A stretch of 64,000 nucleotides of DNA from Firmicutes bacterium UBA4975 (GTDB lineage: Bacteria; Bacillota; Proteinivoracia; UBA4975): positions 873 through 64,872 of the forward strand of contig DGZR01000079.1 in NCBI GenBank assembly GCA_002397155.1. Reading direction: 5' to 3'. Every line of letters begins with the position of its first letter. Position 1 is the first letter of the stretch. Made by a program: the position numbers and the translations under genes. Under the pieces are notes generated by a model, which worked only from the letters and a program-made list of their open reading frames with translations, searched no databases and was not told where the DNA came from. Shown here one piece after another: positions 62,069 to 64,000 of the stretch.

Positions 62069-63078
62069 CAAAGAAAATCGGGGTCATCGGTGCCGGAGGC
62101 TGGGGAACGGCGGTGGCCCTGCTCCTGGCAAAAAAAGGCCATAAAGTGACCCTCTGGACCCGGCGAGAAGAGTTCTGCCGGCACCTGGAGAAATACCGGG
62201 AAAATACCGTGTACCTGCCCGGGGTGTTCTTACCGGTTGGCTTGGAGCTGACCAGCTCCCTGGCCCAGGCGGTAACCGGCATGGACCTGGTGGCTTTCGC
62301 CACTCCCGCCAAGGCAGTGCGGCAGACCGCCCAGGCCATCCGGCCCCATCTTGCCCAAGAGACAATTCTGGTCAGCCTGAGCAAGGGGCTGGAGAGAGAG
62401 ACCTTTTTCCGCTGCTCCCAGGTCCTCACCCAGGTGCTGGGCCTGTCCCAGCGCACCGTGGTAATCAGCGGACCCAACCACGCTGAAGAGGTGGCCCGGG
62501 ACATCCCCACCGCCACCGTGGCGGCGGGATACAGTCTGGGGGCCGCCCAAGAAGTCCAAGAGGTCTTCATGACCCCCAAGTTCCGGGTCTACACCAACAC
62601 CGACGTCATCGGGGTGGAATTGGCCGGAGCGCTGAAAAACATCATCGCCCTTGGGGCCGGGGTCGTGGACGGCCTGGGCTTCGGAGATAACACTAAGGCT
62701 ACCCTGGTGACTCGGGGACTGGCAGAAATGGCCCGCCTGGGCCTGAAACTGGGAGCGGAAAACATAACCTTTGCCGGCTTGGCCGGCATCGGGGACCTTA
62801 TCGCCACCTGCACCAGCAAGCAGAGCCGGAACTGGCAGGCGGGCTACGCCCTGGGCAAGGGGGAGAGCTTGGCCGACATTCGCCACGGCCAGGTAGTAGA
62901 AGGGGTGGCCACTACCCTGACGGCCTCTATCCTGGCCGGCAAGATGGGGGTGGACATGCCCATCACCGACGCCCTCCGCCAGGTAATCTTCCAGGGAAAA
63001 TCCCCCCTCCTGGCGGTCTCCGACCTGATGATCCGGGACAAGGCCCACGAAATCGAAGATATTCTCCCTCGGGAATAG
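62065..63078 (+). CDS. gpsA: NAD(P)H-dependent glycerol-3-phosphate dehydrogenase
   Basis: KIGVIGAGGWGTAVALLLA Rossmann motif; conserved after der. Confidence 0.9.
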   Translation: MTKKIGVIGAGGWGTAVALLLAKKGHKVTLWTRREEFCRHLEKYRENTVYLPGVFLPVGLELTSSLAQAVTGMDLVAFATPAKAVRQTAQAIRPHLAQETILVSLSKGLERETFFRCSQVLTQVLGLSQRTVVISGPNHAEEVARDIPTATVAAGYSLGAAQEVQEVFMTPKFRVYTNTDVIGVELAGALKNIIALGAGVVDGLGFGDNTKATLVTRGLAEMARLGLKLGAENITFAGLAGIGDLIATCTSKQSRNWQAGYALGKGESLADIRHGQVVEGVATTLTASILAGKMGVDMPITDALRQVIFQGKSPLLAVSDLMIRDKAHEIEDILPRE

Positions 63079-63174
63079 CTTTGCCAAGATTTGTCCTCCC
63101 CCCGGGAATACAACCATATTTTGCACATATATATAATGTGAGCAAAACCGGATATTGTGAGGGGGAGGAGAACA

Positions 63175-64000
63175 GTGGCAGAATACAGCCTATACCACGA
63201 TATTGCCAAGAGGACCGGTGGTGATATCTACCTGGGCGTAGTCGGTCCTGTACGCACGGGAAAGTCGACGTTCATCAAAAAGTTTATGGAACTGATGGTA
63301 ATACCCAACATCAACGAAGAGGACCGCCTCAGGGCAGTAGATGAGCTACCCCAGAGCAGCGGGGGCAAGACCATCACCACAACCGAGCCAAAATTTGTTC
63401 CCGACGAGGCGGTGGAAGTTCAGTTTGCCGACCAAAATTTCACCATGCGGGTCCGCCTGGTGGACTGCGTCGGCTACACTGTAGATTCTGCCTTGGGGTA
63501 CCTAGACGAGCGGGGAGAACGCCTGGTCATGTCCCCCTGGGCCGACGAAGAGATTCCCTTTCAAGAGGCGGCGGAGATTGGCACCAAAAAGGTCATCGCC
63601 GACCACTCCACCCTGGGAATAATCGTCACCACTGACGCTTCCTTCTCGGAACTGGCCCGGGAAGACTTTGAAATTCCCGAGGCGAGGATAGTGGAAGAGC
63701 TTAAGGCCATCGGCAAGCCCTTTGTCATTATCCTCAATTCCAGCCAGCCCGAGGCCAGCTCCACCCTACAGTTGCAGACCGAACTGGCGGAAAAGTACCG
63801 GGCGCCGGTAATCCCTTGCAACTGCTTGCGCCTGGACAGGAAGTCGGTGGACGCCATCCTCAAAGAGGCCTTGTACGAGTTTCCTGTCAACCAGATCAAC
63901 ATCATCCTGCCCGACTGGGTCGAGGCCCTGGCCGAAGACCACTGGCTCAAGTGCGGCTTTTTGGACATAGTCCGGGGTATAATGAAGGGCGCCGACAAGG
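63175..64000 (+). CDS. spoIVA: stage IV sporulation protein A (5-prime partial; continues past the window end)
   Basis: YHDIAKRTGGDIYLGVVGPVRTGKSTFIKKFMEL (SpoIVA Walker A); GTG start after GGGGGAGGAG. Confidence 0.9.
   Translation, partial: MAEYSLYHDIAKRTGGDIYLGVVGPVRTGKSTFIKKFMELMVIPNINEEDRLRAVDELPQSSGGKTITTTEPKFVPDEAVEVQFADQNFTMRVRLVDCVGYTVDSALGYLDERGERLVMSPWADEEIPFQEAAEIGTKKVIADHSTLGIIVTTDASFSELAREDFEIPEARIVEELKAIGKPFVIILNSSQPEASSTLQLQTELAEKYRAPVIPCNCLRLDRKSVDAILKEALYEFPVNQINIILPDWVEALAEDHWLKCGFLDIVRGIMKGADK

Noticed and set aside
62230-63126. 298 aa minus-strand ORF antisense to gpsA
   Set aside because: A shadow ORF; gpsA has canonical motifs on the + strand.
63100-63175. Possible sigma-E-type promoter (CATATT ... 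) upstream of spoIVA
   Set aside because: The -35-like CCATATT is present but I could not match a CATACA-T -10 at the correct spacing, so it is too weak to call.

Overview
This 64 kb window appears to come from a Gram-positive, endospore-forming anaerobe (Firmicutes, Clostridia/Peptococcaceae-like). Most genes are on the + strand. From about 16.1 kb onward the sequence is GC-rich (about 60% by eye) and follows the conserved Bacillus yqe-yqf housekeeping/sporulation backbone. That backbone is rplU-prp-rpmA-obg-nadD-(LCP)-rsfS-yqeM-like MTase-comEA-(sleB-like, pyrR)-comEC-holA-rpsT-gpr-spoIIP-yqxA-hrcA(CIRCE)-grpE-dnaK-dnaJ-prmA-rsmE-mtaB-HIT-rpsU-nfeD-floA-yqfB-(ABC insertion)-yqfC-yqfD-phoH-pgpH-ybeY-dgkA-(2x DUF881)-cdd-era-recO-(orphan glyS-like)-cmk-ispH::rpsA-fni-(2x HCYGG proteins)-der-gpsA-spoIVA(partial). 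The first ~16 kb is visibly lower in GC and looks like an accessory catabolic block. It holds an ion-transporter-like permease, an amidohydrolase-2 enzyme and a divergent IclR regulator. It also holds a 2-oxoacid:ferredoxin oxidoreductase (gamma-delta-alpha-beta)-buk-PanE-like reductase-ptb operon. A 650 bp leader with two sigma-54 -24/-12 promoters precedes a transporter + DapA-family aldolase operon. A DASS-type anion permease and a PrpR-like sigma-54 enhancer-binding protein complete the block. No rRNA, tRNA or CRISPR arrays were recognised. The items most worth a second look are: the Fd-dependent keto-acid dismutation/ATP module with an embedded PanE-like reductase; the sigma-54 regulated transporter-aldolase unit; an orphan glyS-like gene with no glyQ; an Era gene whose conserved N-terminus has no canonical start codon; an rpsU gene missed by the ORF track; and an FtsX-type ABC module inserted into the yqfB-yqfC sporulation locus.
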